The notes: generated from the letters alone by a model not told the origin. 64,000 bases of DNA from Candidatus Poribacteria bacterium (GCA_963663765.2 CAXXUA010000004.1:160001-224000), one strand, 5' to 3'. Counted from the first letter of the stretch, positions 1 through 10,655 are shown. Translations and numbers: made by a program.

Positions 1-880
1 TCTCAAGTGCAGCACCTACTAATCGCAGCACCTGTTCGGTTGGTTCGGTAAAAACTACGTCTTCAAATCTACCCTGAACCTTTGTCCATTCTTCCCGTTG
101 CGATTGATCTGTACGTAGTGCGTAAGCCTCAAATGCTTGATGTAGAATAGTCATCAAAAACAACGGAGTCTGTTGGCTTCGGTCTGCTAATTCAGCAAGA
201 CTTTGAAGGATAAACATATCACCTTGTGACGGATTTTGTGCTGCAAACTCAAGAAATTTACCGAGTTCATCTATTATGAGTAACAGACCGGATCCACCTG
301 AGTCACATATTTGGTTGGTTGCAGATTCATATAAGTGTGTTACATCAGAAGCAGTAGGTAGGGAATCATTATTTGCAGTTTCCAAGAGTGCTTTAAGTTC
401 CTGCTGTAGTGAAATAGATATATTTGTTCCGTTAGAATTTGTAAGACCTCGATCTAAACTGCGTAATAATGCAAGCGAGAGCGGTGCACGTTCACCCGTT
501 ATGAGAACGGGACAGAATCCAGAACATGACTGATTTCCATTACCGTTTGTGTTTTTGAATCGTTCATATAGCGAAGTATCACCACGTTCTAATAGTTCTA
601 AAGCCTGTTGTGCTGTAGTAGAATTTGAATTTCCTAATAATTTGGCAGCAAATAGTGCAAAGGCTGATTTACCTGACCCGTAGGGACCAGTGAGTGACCA
701 TGCTTTAGATGTTGACCCATTTTCAAGCGTTGAAATTACACGCGATAACATCTCACGTGCTGTAGCGGTCAGGACATAACCATCTATAGCATTGTCTTTA
801 TAAAAGTCGCGTTCAAGATGGACAGAACGACGAAAACGTCCCTTTACATGAAAAAGATCAGACAATGGTACGTTAGCCAT
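1..880 (-). CDS. P-loop ATPase, SspC/BrxC-like, 5' part (runs off the window start)
   Basis: Translated by hand from ATG at 880: MANVPLSDLFHVKGRFRRSVHLERDFY..., Walker A WSLTGPYGSGKS, Walker B LLIIDELGKFLE. Overlaps the DUF4007 stop by 8 nt. Confidence 0.8.
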   Translation of the reverse strand, partial: MANVPLSDLFHVKGRFRRSVHLERDFYKDNAIDGYVLTATAREMLSRVISTLENGSTSKAWSLTGPYGSGKSAFALFAAKLLGNSNSTTAQQALELLERGDTSLYERFKNTNGNGNQSCSGFCPVLITGERAPLSLALLRSLDRGLTNSNGTNISISLQQELKALLETANNDSLPTASDVTHLYESATNQICDSGGSGLLLIIDELGKFLEFAAQNPSQGDMFILQSLAELADRSQQTPLFLMTILHQAFEAYALRTDQSQREEWTKVQGRFEDVVFTEPTEQVLRLVGAALE

Positions 881-1811
881 AATACCCCTCTAATAAATGT
901 ACTGGATTTACATCTCTGTATCTGTACACCTGTTTAAGGTCAGCAGTTTCATCGTATCGCAGTGCACCGTCTGTCAATAGTTCAAGTTGTTCTAAATATA
1001 GTGTCATTGAATCTTCATCTAATCTGTAAATACTGCCGGGACTCAATGGAGCAGACATAATACTCGAAAATGTTAGTGAGTCCCTTTCGGAGAAACCATT
1101 ATCCCAAAATGCCATCAATGTTGCTGTGAAAACTTCAAGTGGTAATGTTCCTTTTTCTCCTCGTTGAAATTCATATCCCTCACCATCAGGTTGTTCAGTA
1201 ATTAGATTTAGTTCAACCAGAGGACAATCAAAGGAATCTTCCACAACAGCAGTGACATTCCGCGATTGGCAATAGGTTCGGGTAAAGCAATTGACATCCC
1301 GTTGCAGAGTGTTTTTAGAGGGTGTACGCAAAGATGGTTTTTGCAATTTAGCCCAATCGTACATTACGTCTATGAATGTATCGTGAACAAATTGATTTTT
1401 CTTTAAGATGTTAAATGCCCAATACCATGTAGTCGCTTGATTGACATTGGTGGCAATTTTCCAGTGTATCAACCACAAGGTAGCAGGATCATCAAGGTAT
1501 GGATCATATCCCTCTTCATCATCAAAAATAGCTTTACCAAGTTCTGTAGGGATACAACGATCACGTGCTGCTTGATTAGTGTAGATTAGTCCTGCAACAC
1601 GACACCAGTGCCGAATAGACTGAACCATGTTTTTCCCAACACCTAATACTATTGTTGCGTTATCGGATGAAAAGATATTTGGATCTTCTGCCACAGCATC
1701 AACGCCCTTTTTCAGCCATGTATACCGAAATGGAAAGGTTTGGTGTCCTGAAAAGGACGGATTAATTTGATATTGTGAAGATGGATTTTCAGCGAGTAGT
1801 AGGTTTTCCAT
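873..1811 (-). CDS. DUF4007 family protein (SspB/BrxP-N-like)
   Basis: Motifs FSGHQTFPFRYTWLKKG, LGVGKNMVQSIRHW, DPYLDDPATLWLIHW and EDSFDCPLVELNLI are characteristic of DUF4007. Confidence 0.9.
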   Translation of the reverse strand: MENLLLAENPSSQYQINPSFSGHQTFPFRYTWLKKGVDAVAEDPNIFSSDNATIVLGVGKNMVQSIRHWCRVAGLIYTNQAARDRCIPTELGKAIFDDEEGYDPYLDDPATLWLIHWKIATNVNQATTWYWAFNILKKNQFVHDTFIDVMYDWAKLQKPSLRTPSKNTLQRDVNCFTRTYCQSRNVTAVVEDSFDCPLVELNLITEQPDGEGYEFQRGEKGTLPLEVFTATLMAFWDNGFSERDSLTFSSIMSAPLSPGSIYRLDEDSMTLYLEQLELLTDGALRYDETADLKQVYRYRDVNPVHLLEGYYG

Positions 1812-1818
1812 ACGAATT

Positions 1819-1848
1819 ATTATACCATAAGCGGAACAAAAATGGCAA
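1819..1848 (-). promoter_or_regulatory. Sigma70-type promoter, probably leaderless, for the DUF4007 gene
   Basis: Minus strand TTGCCA-18-TATAAT with extended -10 TG. The ATG is 7 nt after the -10 box and there is no SD. Confidence 0.55.
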
Positions 1849-1865
1849 TGTAACTTAACACAATG

Positions 1866-2259
1866 CAGGGTTAGTCAGTTTTAGGTATTTTTGATGATTA
1901 TTTGCTATGACGTTAATTTTATGTGTTGCCATCTTGTCCGTGTCTTTAGTCCCGTAGGGACGATATGTTTATAGAAAAATGTTATCTAACTCTCTTGAGT
2001 TCCGTAGGAACGGCATAGAAGAATAAACATATCGTCCCTACGGGACTAAAGAGCTGGGGAGGGTATTCGTTTTCTATAAACATATCGTCCCTACCAAATC
2101 AACGTCAAATGCGCGTATGGCATTTGTCGGGACTAAAGAGCGATGTTCATGTTTCAATAATCTAAAACTGATGCAGAAAGTTCGGTTAGGAAATCGAACC
2201 TGGGTATTAACTTTTAGTAAATCTCAATAACAGAAAACTCTTAAAACTAAATAACCCTG
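1866..2259. mobile_element. MITE family A (CAGGGTTA terminal inverted repeats) carrying GTCCCGTAGGGAC hairpin repeats
   Basis: Ends cagggttagtcagtttt / aaaactaaataaccctg. Homologous copies at 9860, 37852, 48653 and 57755. No target duplication on this copy. Confidence 0.85.
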
Positions 2260-2493
2260 ACAAAAAGTGCAAAGGTTTTCAATTTTCGAAATGACCTTTT
2301 GCGGTAGGGGTTTGCAATCTCTATTTTCTCTATATCTGGAGGCGGGGAATACTTCAGGTTGTGTACCTTAGTACTGATAGCGGAAAGTTTTTAGTTGTTT
2401 GTTTTTCGGTTTTTTTCATTTTGTGTTCTCGATCGTGTTGTGGTATGCGTTTATGTCGGTTTTGTAAATTTACGGAATTTTGAAAAAATCAAC

Positions 2494-2757
2494 TATGGTG
2501 AAATATGAAAATAATTGGACACTAACAGGTAGGTGCGCCCTCCTTGTCGTGACTGTTTTTATACATGGTCTATATACGGTCGCGACCGGGAGGTCGCTCC
2601 TACCAAAGCGAGGAACGGTCACGACCGCGAGGTCGCTCCTACCAAAGCGAGGAACGGTCGCGACCGGGAGGTCGCTCCTACCAAAGCGAGGAACGGTCGC
2701 GACCGGGAGGTCGCTCCTACCTGTAGAAATGTGTAATTAATTCCATAATTTACCATA
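2494..2757. mobile_element. MITE family B (TA-flanked) containing four 39-bp GTAG-type REP units
   Basis: Imperfect TIRs tatggtgaaatatgaaaataatt / aattaattccataatttaccata. Unit cggtcgcgaccgggaggtcgctcctaccaaagcgaggaa at 2577, 2616, 2655 and 2694. Relative at 44943-45135. Confidence 0.75.
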
Positions 2758-2821
2758 TATCTAATATATGTCCAATACAATTGGTTAGATTTCTATGGTT
2801 GAAAATGTTGTTACAATCAAA

Positions 2822-3838
2822 TTATTTTTCTGTATCAATTGGCATTGCGTGATCAGGGATTTCCACGCCTTGATCCTTCCAAAACTTATATGCCCCCCGA
2901 TGTAGCGGAATAAGAAATGCTTTTGATGCATTTTCAATTGTCATATCGGATGCAGCTAGATTTGTTTGGAGCATAATTTTATGTCCTTCCTCTGTATAAA
3001 CGTGCTTGAGGATATTATAGATAATCTCCTCTGATACAGCCTTGTTTGCAACGAGGACGGTTGGCATGACGATAGTCTTTACGGGTTCAACTTTACCCTC
3101 ATAAGAACCATCAGGTAATTTACCAGAAAAATAATATGGGTATTTGTCATAGAGACCGTACTTTCTCGCTGGCGTGTCAAGATCAAGCATACGTATAGAC
3201 TTTATGGTCGTCAATTCAATAATGGCATTGTTCGGCACACTGACAAGCCAGAAAAACCCTTTTGCATTTCCATCTTGGAGTTCTTTTCCGCCGTTAGTGC
3301 CACCCCTATATATCGGAGTGAACTTCTTCCAGATACCCGCGGACACAGCCAGTCGTTCTAAAGTCTTTGCAGTGCCAGAACCGGACGCACCACAAGCGAT
3401 CTTTTTACCGACGATATCTTCAAATGTGTGGATATCGCTGTTCTTAAGTGTTGAGAATTGACCGTAGGCATAATAAAGTAGCGTCACCATACGGATGTTC
3501 GTTTTTGGTTCTTCATCAGCAAACGCCTCTTGACCGTGATAACCGAGAGAACTTTCAGAAGCGAAGACCACAGCAAGTGCATTTTCCTTTTGGTTAACAC
3601 GACGCGTATTTTCAATTGAACCTGCAGAAGGCACAACAGAAATCTTTACATCTGGCACATGATGTTTCGCAACTTGTTTTATACCACCGGCAAATTGCGA
3701 GAAACTTCCACCGATAGCACCGCCATATATTGTTAGCCACTCTTTGTTCTTACTATCACTGCAGCCAATATAGACTGTCGAGAAAATGAGAATAAGACTA
3801 CAAAAAACCGCAAAATATTGATTTAACTTTTTCATCAT
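2822..3838 (-). CDS. TAXI family TRAP transporter solute-binding lipoprotein
   Basis: GGAIGGSF, PSAGSIEN, GKKIACGASGSGT and IPLHRGAYKFW motifs, plus an N-terminal signal with Cys. Confidence 0.9.
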   Translation of the reverse strand: MMKKLNQYFAVFCSLILIFSTVYIGCSDSKNKEWLTIYGGAIGGSFSQFAGGIKQVAKHHVPDVKISVVPSAGSIENTRRVNQKENALAVVFASESSLGYHGQEAFADEEPKTNIRMVTLLYYAYGQFSTLKNSDIHTFEDIVGKKIACGASGSGTAKTLERLAVSAGIWKKFTPIYRGGTNGGKELQDGNAKGFFWLVSVPNNAIIELTTIKSIRMLDLDTPARKYGLYDKYPYYFSGKLPDGSYEGKVEPVKTIVMPTVLVANKAVSEEIIYNILKHVYTEEGHKIMLQTNLAASDMTIENASKAFLIPLHRGAYKFWKDQGVEIPDHAMPIDTEK

Positions 3839-3874
3839 AAGTCCACCTTTTTATTTCCAATGAAATAAAGAATT

Positions 3875-4255
3875 TCACTGATTCCTTTTTTTGTAATAGA
3901 GATAAACCCCTACAACACCTGCGATTGCCCCGACTACATCCGCAACCCAATCTGCTATTGTAGCAAACCTACCGGGAACATACATCTGATGGAACTCATC
4001 ACTTGCTCCATATAGAATTGAGATGAGTGCAGCAGTAATCCATATCCATTTTGTGGGGAAACCCTTTGGAGGTGCTTTGACAAGTGCTATTGATAGCAAC
4101 ACGCTGAGGATGCTATATTCTATGAAATGATAGAGTTTGTCAATTGTCAACCACTCAAACTTTGGCATCGGCAAGGGTGGTTGTTGCATTGACGAGATGA
4201 CAAAAATGAGAACCATGTAGAGAATGGGTGGGACCCAATATTTAAGAAAGTGCAT
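3875..4255 (-). CDS. VanZ family membrane protein
   Basis: [24 protein letters not shown] and DWVAD motifs. Start taken at MHFLKYW. Confidence 0.85.
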   Translation of the reverse strand: MHFLKYWVPPILYMVLIFVISSMQQPPLPMPKFEWLTIDKLYHFIEYSILSVLLSIALVKAPPKGFPTKWIWITAALISILYGASDEFHQMYVPGRFATIADWVADVVGAIAGVVGVYLYYKKRNQ

Positions 4256-6209
4256 TGAGTATTGCATCTACGTCGTAGACACATCCTCCCCAGGTTCCGC
4301 CCCCGATAGCTTGCAATGCAGCCCAAAGTCGTGTGTCGTCAGGTATCTGTTCATCTGGAGATAGGTCGGGACGTTGTTTCCTTTGTGTCAATATACTTTC
4401 GCCCGTAGCAGTACCGAACAGGTCATCACCATGTCCTACCAAGTCAATACTACCGATCAACGTACGAGTATCAATCTCTATTTGGATAATATCTCCGTCA
4501 AGGACTTTTCCGATTGGACCTCCAGCAAGTGCCTCTGGACCAACATGACCGATACACGCACCTGTAGATACACCTGAAAAACGTGCATCTGTAATTAATG
4601 CGATACGTTTCCCAAATGAGAGATGTTTGAGTGCCGCAGTGAGTTGATATACTTCTTCCATACCTGTACCTTGTGGACCACGACAACACAGCACCATGAT
4701 GTCCCCTGGTTTGATATTGCTTTCTCCTTGTCCTTTGAGTGATTGGATCGCGTCAACTTCCCGAACAAACACACGCGCTGGACCTGTCATCCGATACACG
4801 CCATCGGAGTCAACGACACTCGGATCGATTGCAGTGCTTTTGATAACAGAACCCTCTGGTGCAAGGTTTCCTCGTGGGAATGTAACAGTGCTTGTTAATC
4901 CTGCATTCTGCGCTGCATCTGGATTCAAAATCACTTCATCAGGGGCAATATTGTCAAGGCTACTAAGCAGTTCTCGGACGCGTTGCCGTCTTTCAGATTT
5001 CTCCCACCAATCAAGATTTTTACCGAGTGGTTCACCAGTTACTGTCAACACATCTTCGTTTAGCAACCCATCCATCTCGCGTAAATGTAACATCACCTCT
5101 GGCACTCCACCTGCAAGAAACACACGTACTGTTGGATGTCCTACTGGTCCATTCGGAAGCACATCTACGAGACGCGGCACCTGTTGATTCACTTCTGTCC
5201 AATCATCTACGGAGGGGCGTTCGAGTCCTGCAGCGTGTGCGATCGCGGGGATATGTAAAAGCAAGTTTGTTGATCCGCCGAATGCCGCATGCACTACCAT
5301 TGCGTTCCGAATTGCTTTGGGTGTGACAATATCCTTCATTGTTATCCCTTTCGCTGCCAAATTGACGACTGCTCTTGCAGATCGCAAACCCATATCTGAC
5401 CATATATTTTGCCCAGATGGAGATAACGCAGTGTGGGTTAAACTCATACCTAACGCTTCTCCGACAACTTGTGACGTTGCAGCAGTTCCCAAGAATTGAC
5501 ATCCGCCACCGGGTGTAGCACATGCACGACATCCCATGTCTGCGGCATCTTGTAGACTAATCTCTCCGTGTGCGAACCGTGCCCCGATTGTCTGTATCTT
5601 TCCTGCGTCTTCACCTGTGGTCGGGGGTAAAGTTACACCTCCCGGGACGAGTACGGTTGGCAGTTCTCGCATGGATGCAAGTGCCATCATCATTGCGGGT
5701 AATCCTTTATCGCAGGTTGCTACACCGACAACACCTTTTCGTGTGGGTAGTGAACGGATAAGTCTGCGGAATATCTGAGCTGCATCGTTGCGATAGGCGA
5801 GACTATCCATCATACCGACAGTGCCTTGCGTTCGTCCATCACAGGGATCGGAACAGTAGCCAGCAAACGGAATTGCTGCAAGTTCTTTGATTTCACGTGC
5901 AACTGCTTGCATCAGTAGACCTACTTCCCAATGTCCTGTATGGTATCCGAGTGCAATTGGACTACCATCGGGTGCGCGAATTCCGCCTTGTGTGCTGAGT
6001 ATCAGAAACTCCTCACGTCGTAGTTCTGCTGGTGCCCATCCCATTGCTGTGTTGTGACTCAAGCCAAAAATATCACCACTTGGACGGTTGAGTAGCATCT
6101 CTTCTGTGAGTGGAAGACTACCTTCTGGTCCCTTAGCGTGTGTCTGAATGTCGTAAATGTCGGTGTCGCCAGTTTCTAAGATTTCAGTGTAGTTTATTGG
6201 TTTTTGCAT
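4242..6209 (-). CDS. yagF: YjhG/YagF family D-xylonate dehydratase (IlvD/Edd superfamily)
   Basis: [43 protein letters not shown] and [11 protein letters not shown]; 655 aa. Confidence 0.9.
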   Translation of the reverse strand: MQKPINYTEILETGDTDIYDIQTHAKGPEGSLPLTEEMLLNRPSGDIFGLSHNTAMGWAPAELRREEFLILSTQGGIRAPDGSPIALGYHTGHWEVGLLMQAVAREIKELAAIPFAGYCSDPCDGRTQGTVGMMDSLAYRNDAAQIFRRLIRSLPTRKGVVGVATCDKGLPAMMMALASMRELPTVLVPGGVTLPPTTGEDAGKIQTIGARFAHGEISLQDAADMGCRACATPGGGCQFLGTAATSQVVGEALGMSLTHTALSPSGQNIWSDMGLRSARAVVNLAAKGITMKDIVTPKAIRNAMVVHAAFGGSTNLLLHIPAIAHAAGLERPSVDDWTEVNQQVPRLVDVLPNGPVGHPTVRVFLAGGVPEVMLHLREMDGLLNEDVLTVTGEPLGKNLDWWEKSERRQRVRELLSSLDNIAPDEVILNPDAAQNAGLTSTVTFPRGNLAPEGSVIKSTAIDPSVVDSDGVYRMTGPARVFVREVDAIQSLKGQGESNIKPGDIMVLCCRGPQGTGMEEVYQLTAALKHLSFGKRIALITDARFSGVSTGACIGHVGPEALAGGPIGKVLDGDIIQIEIDTRTLIGSIDLVGHGDDLFGTATGESILTQRKQRPDLSPDEQIPDDTRLWAALQAIGGGTWGGCVYDVDAILNALS

Positions 6210-6330
6210 TTATGAGTTTTCTCTCCTATTTGCATTGAAGACAACTTCATTTTTTTTTGGAATAGGCATAAATTTATTTTTTGAGACATCCACGGTAATC
6301 CCCATTTCCGCTTCATGGCATGAAATAGAC

Positions 6331-7312
6331 TAGTGCTTAGTCACGTGCTTATTGATGGGTCTAAAAAGAAGTCGGGAATCGGAGTTCCCTCCTACAATAC
6401 ACACAATACACAAGACTTCTGTAGGACCAATCTCCTAATCTCAACCTACAATAGTATGTTGACTCAACACTAGTGCTTAGTCAACTGTTTATTGATGGGT
6501 CTAAAAAGAAGTCGGGAATCGGAGTTCCCTCCTACAATACACACATTACACAAGACTTCTGTAGGAGCGATCTCCTAATCTCAACCTACAATAGTATGTT
6601 GACTCAACACTAGTGCTTAGTCACGTGCTTATTGACGGATTTAAAAAGAAGTCGGGAATCGGAGTTCCCTCCTACAATACACACAATACACAAGACTTCT
6701 GTAGGACCGATCTCCGAATCGCGACCTACAATAGAATGTTGACTCAACACTAGTGCTTAGTCAACTGTTTATTGATAGGTGTAAAAAGAAGTCGGGAATC
6801 GGAGTTCCCTCCTACAACACACACAATACACAAGACTTCTGTAGGACCGATCTCCGAATCGCGACCTACAATAGAATGTTGACTCAACACTAGTGCTTAG
6901 TCAAGTGTTTATTGATAGGTGTAAAAAGAAGTCGGGAATCGGAGTTCCCTCCTACAACACACACAATACACAAGACTTCTGTAGGACCAATCTCCTAATC
7001 TCAACCTACAATAGTAGGTTGACTCAACACTAGTGCTTAGTCAACTGTTTATTGATGGGTCTAAAAAGAAGTCGGGAATCGGAGTTCCCTCCTACAATAC
7101 ACACAATACACAAGACTTCTGTAGGACCAATCTCCTAATCTCAACCTACAATAGTAGGTTGACTCAACACTAGTGCTTAGTCAACTGTTTATTGATGGGT
7201 CTAAAAAGAAGTCGGGAATCGGAGTTCCCTCCTACAATACACACAATACACAAGACTTCTGTAGGACCAATCTCCTAATCTCAACCTACAATAGTATGTT
7301 GACTCAACACTA
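6331..7312. repeat. Seven head-to-tail copies of a 140-bp MITE-like unit (family C)
   Basis: Units start at 6331, 6471, 6611, 6751, 6891, 7031 and 7171. Each has ends TAGTGCTTAGTCA / TGACTCAACACTA sharing a TA, plus an internal pair of GTAG REP hairpins. Confidence 0.95.
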
Positions 7313-7373
7313 TAACTCCAAACCACTCTAAATATGTGAGGACAGATCTGTATCTGCTTTTTTTGGTATTCCT

Positions 7374-7814
7374 CTAAATTTCTTGTGGTTCTATTTTTAC
7401 AGTTGAAAGTAAAACAAGGGAACGTCGTAACGTGCTAAATGCTTGCTTTCGTTTGGATTTAGAGAGATCGTTTTTGGACGAAACTGTAATCAGTGAATGT
7501 GATAAATTCTTCGGAAAATCTAAAATAGGTGCATAGATTACATCCACAGTGTGATTATCTATTGTTATTCCTCGGACTTCACCAGCAATAAGACTAACGA
7601 TACCATCAGTGTCATGCAACTTTGACGTTTTAGGGTCATAATTTTTCAGTTTAGCGCGATCAACGGAGGGTTGCTGATCTCTGTCAAAAAAAGCCTTGGA
7701 ATTGATTTCGACTTTTCCTTCGTTATTATGGGAATAACGTTGTATGTGGTCATTTATTGGCAAGCGTCGATAAAGTTCTTCATCATCCTCAACAAAATCG
7801 TTCTTATTCATCAA
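7374..7814 (-). CDS. Hypothetical protein, putative ADP-ribosyltransferase/RES-like toxin
   Basis: DDEELYRR...AF.D...PSVDRA...GIV...N..HS pattern. Paralogue at 10808-11305. The fold call is inference from R/S/H spacing. Confidence 0.55.
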   Translation of the reverse strand: MMNKNDFVEDDEELYRRLPINDHIQRYSHNNEGKVEINSKAFFDRDQQPSVDRAKLKNYDPKTSKLHDTDGIVSLIAGEVRGITIDNHTVDVIYAPILDFPKNLSHSLITVSSKNDLSKSKRKQAFSTLRRSLVLLSTVKIEPQEI

Positions 7815-8400
7815 GAAACCATTCCCAAAGCGTTAGATGATTTTCCCTGTTAAGTGAGTCCGTTTGTGTCATCGTATTGTCACTTGTCCTCCATATCTTG
7901 GTATACCTCGTCTCATTTTCTTGTATATCAAAACATAAAGACCGTTTGTCATTATAGCATTCAAAGGTTATATAACCATCTTCATCGCTACAGATGAAGG
8001 GTTCAAGTTGTAGGAGTCTGGCAGAAATGAAATCATTGTCCAGCAATTCTTCTATAAAATGCTTTGCTCTGTTTATAGTTGGCTCGGTTGGTTTTTTTGA
8101 GTCGTATCCATCCCAGTCATCTTCCCGTTGTGCTATCACTGCTAATCGCTCTACTATTTTACGTTTTTGCCAAGATAAAAGAATTGTCTTATAAAAGTCA
8201 TTTCTTACTATATTTGCGGATGTGGATCCCTCTTGTTCTAAAGTAGTGGTGTCAGTGTTGAATGAATCCATTACGCTTGATAGAAAATGGTATTCATCAG
8301 ATTCTGTAGTTGTATTGATGAGTTCAAAAGACTTCGGTTTTACAAGTAGAATATTGGTATCCTCATGCTCCAGACTCTGCCAATGTTTCGCGTAAGACAT
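7804..8400 (-). CDS. Hypothetical 'WDGY' protein, putative antitoxin/partner
   Basis: C-terminal QREDDWDGYDSKKP...PFICSDEDGYITFE...LWEWF matches 11298-11729. Start uncertain (8400 or 8469). Confidence 0.7.
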   Translation of the reverse strand: MSYAKHWQSLEHEDTNILLVKPKSFELINTTTESDEYHFLSSVMDSFNTDTTTLEQEGSTSANIVRNDFYKTILLSWQKRKIVERLAVIAQREDDWDGYDSKKPTEPTINRAKHFIEELLDNDFISARLLQLEPFICSDEDGYITFECYNDKRSLCFDIQENETRYTKIWRTSDNTMTQTDSLNRENHLTLWEWFLDE

Positions 8401-9148
8401 CAGTAATACTCCACTGGTAGATATTCCAACAAAGTTTTTTGAAGATATCACACCTTGAAAGTATGTCATTCATTTCTCCTTTTCTATTGTCAGAATAACA
8501 GTCTATGTCAATTACATACGATTTCTCATTAGTAAATTGTGTTTTCTTAAACTTTCCAGATACATTTGATAAAACATGAACCACATTGGATTTCATCTCA
8601 CCGTCGTTGAATTGTGATATTTTTCGTAATGTCTCAATGTCTGCTGCTATAGGGGTGTTTAATTCAGGGAAGATATACTTCGGGATATAAGTTTCAACTC
8701 CCTGTTTCGCGTGCGGGAGAGAGACCTTATTTGCTACATTTTTATGCCTGAGACCAATCCGAGGAAAATAAGAAGGTTCATAGATATTACTGAATATTTG
8801 CAAAACCGTTTCTAATTTTTCTCTAAAGTTTTCGTAATTTTTGTAGTTTCCGTGGCAAGTAAGAGCGAGAAAATTTTGAGCTAAAGATACTTCCCAGTCT
8901 TTTTCTTTAGAAAAGAAGCGAAATACTTTAGCTGTAGATACTTTCTTTTTTATTTCCTTAGGTATATCCGATGGTAAGAGAGGTATATCCGAAACAAGTT
9001 CGGGGTACCCCTCTTTCCTTACAATCTCCTGAAACTCAGAAGGTTCCTCTTGTGAAATTCTCATAATTTCAGGAAAACGTGCCTGAAATAGCACCTCAAA
9101 TAAGATATTATGTTTATATTCTACTCTTTCAAATTCTTCAAAATGCAT
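8363..9148 (-). CDS. TIGR04255 family protein
   Basis: YKHNILFEVLFQARFP, YKNYENF, RIGLRHKN, YVIDIDC and IYQWSITD fit the family. Probable start MHFEEF at 9148. Confidence 0.8.
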   Translation of the reverse strand: MHFEEFERVEYKHNILFEVLFQARFPEIMRISQEEPSEFQEIVRKEGYPELVSDIPLLPSDIPKEIKKKVSTAKVFRFFSKEKDWEVSLAQNFLALTCHGNYKNYENFREKLETVLQIFSNIYEPSYFPRIGLRHKNVANKVSLPHAKQGVETYIPKYIFPELNTPIAADIETLRKISQFNDGEMKSNVVHVLSNVSGKFKKTQFTNEKSYVIDIDCYSDNRKGEMNDILSRCDIFKKLCWNIYQWSITDVLRETLAESGA

Positions 9149-9369
9149 AAGTTGAGAACCTTGGCTGATTGTATGTCGGTAAAAAAAATCTTGCGAAATA
9201 TTTGCAGGTATAATTAAAAATGCCAATAATGATATTTTAGGACAGAACTTTAATGTTTGTACGCAAACTTGCTTGATTAATTTTGAAAAGAATTTTAGCA
9301 TACCACAGAAAAATTAACAACATAATTTTGAATGTCTGTCGTAATTCATTTCGTGTTTCTTCAGAAAAC

Positions 9370-9780
9370 TTATTCAAAGATTTGTGTCACAGGACACGAA
9401 AATCCTTCAACGACATCCTCACCGGTCAACGTGTCTTCGTAGTTTAGCAGCGTGATTTCTGTCTCTGAACGATAGACTGTTACCGTTTTTGCAATTGGTT
9501 CAATAACCCAAACAAGACGTGTCCCTGCCTTCAGATATGCAGACGTTTTCTCAATCACATCATAATGCTTGTCTGTTGGTGAAACGATCTCTATTGCAAG
9601 ATCAGGTGCATCGGAGAACCCTTTCAGTTTTTCTTCTGATAACCGATCTGTTGAAACGAACGCCACATCAGGCTTTACTACCCGGTCAATTAAATGAAAG
9701 GTTGTTTCTAATATATACAATCGTACAATACCTTCGCCATTTTTGAGTGCTTCAGTTGAATGAGTATATAGTGTTGATCT
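9370..9780 (-). pseudogene. Uma2 family endonuclease, 5'-decayed
   Basis: C-terminal ~110 aa nearly identical to 12325-12891 (KPDVAFVS, APDLAIEIVSPTD). The N-terminal part is not in an open frame. Confidence 0.8.
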
Positions 9781-9859
9781 ACCATTGCTCTGTGATATTG
9801 TTAGGATTATATAAATAAAAATAACTTCAGGTTTTCGTTGAAGTATTTTTTTATCATAG

Positions 9860-10219
9860 CAGGATTATTTAGTTTTAAGAGTTTTCTGTTATTGAGATTT
9901 ACTGAAAGTTAATACCCAGGTTTGGTTTCCTATCCGAACTTTCTGTATCAGTTTTAGATTATTGAAAAATGAATATCACTCTTTAGTCCCGTAGGGACGA
10001 TATGTTTATAGAAAACGAATACCCTCCCCAGTTCTTTAGTCCCGTAGGGACGATATGTTTATTTTTCTATGTCGTTCCTACGGAACTCAAGAGGGATAGA
10101 TAACATGTTTCTATAAACATATCGTCCCTACGGGACTAAAGACATGGACAAGATGGCAACACATAAAATTAACGACATAGCAAAATATTATCAAAAATAT
10201 TGAAAACTGAATAACCCTA
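9860..10219. mobile_element. MITE family A, inverted relative to 1866
   Basis: Same TIRs and body. Exact 9-bp duplication ttatcatag at 9851-9859 and 10220-10228. Confidence 0.9.
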
Positions 10220-10284
10220 TTATCATAGTCTCTAATTTGACAATAGAAATGACTATCTCAGCAATCTGACAGAATAATTTATAT

Positions 10285-10655
10285 GCACAATCTGGCAGAA
10301 TGTGCTACAACTACCCGCATAATCTGGAAGAATGTGCTACAACTGCCCGCACAATCTGGAAGAATGTGCTACAACTGCCCGCACAATCTGGAAGAATGTG
10401 CTACAACTGCCCGCACAATCTGGAAGAATGTGCTACAACTACCCGCACAATCTGGAAGAATGTGCTACAACTGCCCGCACAATCTGGAAGAATGTGCTAC
10501 AACTACCCGCACAATCTGGAAGAATGTGCTACAACTGCCCGCACAATCTGGAAGAATGTGCTACAACTACCCGCACAATCTGGAAGAATGTGCTACAACT
10601 GCCCGCACAATCTGGAAGAATGTGCTACAACTACCCGCACAATCTGGAAGAATGT
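10285..10655. repeat. Tandem array of a 32-bp REP-like unit (11 full copies plus a partial)
   Basis: Unit gcacaatctggaagaatgtgctacaact(a/g)ccc with no unique spacers. The reverse complement is a GTAG-initiated hairpin. An extra detached copy lies at ~10746-10770. Confidence 0.95.

Noticed and set aside
2480-2740. ORFs 2480-2740 and 2533-2736
   Set aside because: These are translations of the 39-bp REP tandem inside a MITE.
4333-5778. Short antisense or alternate-frame ORFs inside the dehydratase (and similar ones across the window)
   Set aside because: They are shadows of well-supported genes and have no motifs.
6331-7312. CRISPR or integron attC array
   Set aside because: The whole 140-bp unit is repeated, with no unique spacers or cassette ORFs and no integrase.
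10285-10655. CRISPR array (32-bp repeat)
   Set aside because: The units abut with no unique spacers and there are no cas genes. The three overlapping ORFs here are repeat artefacts.
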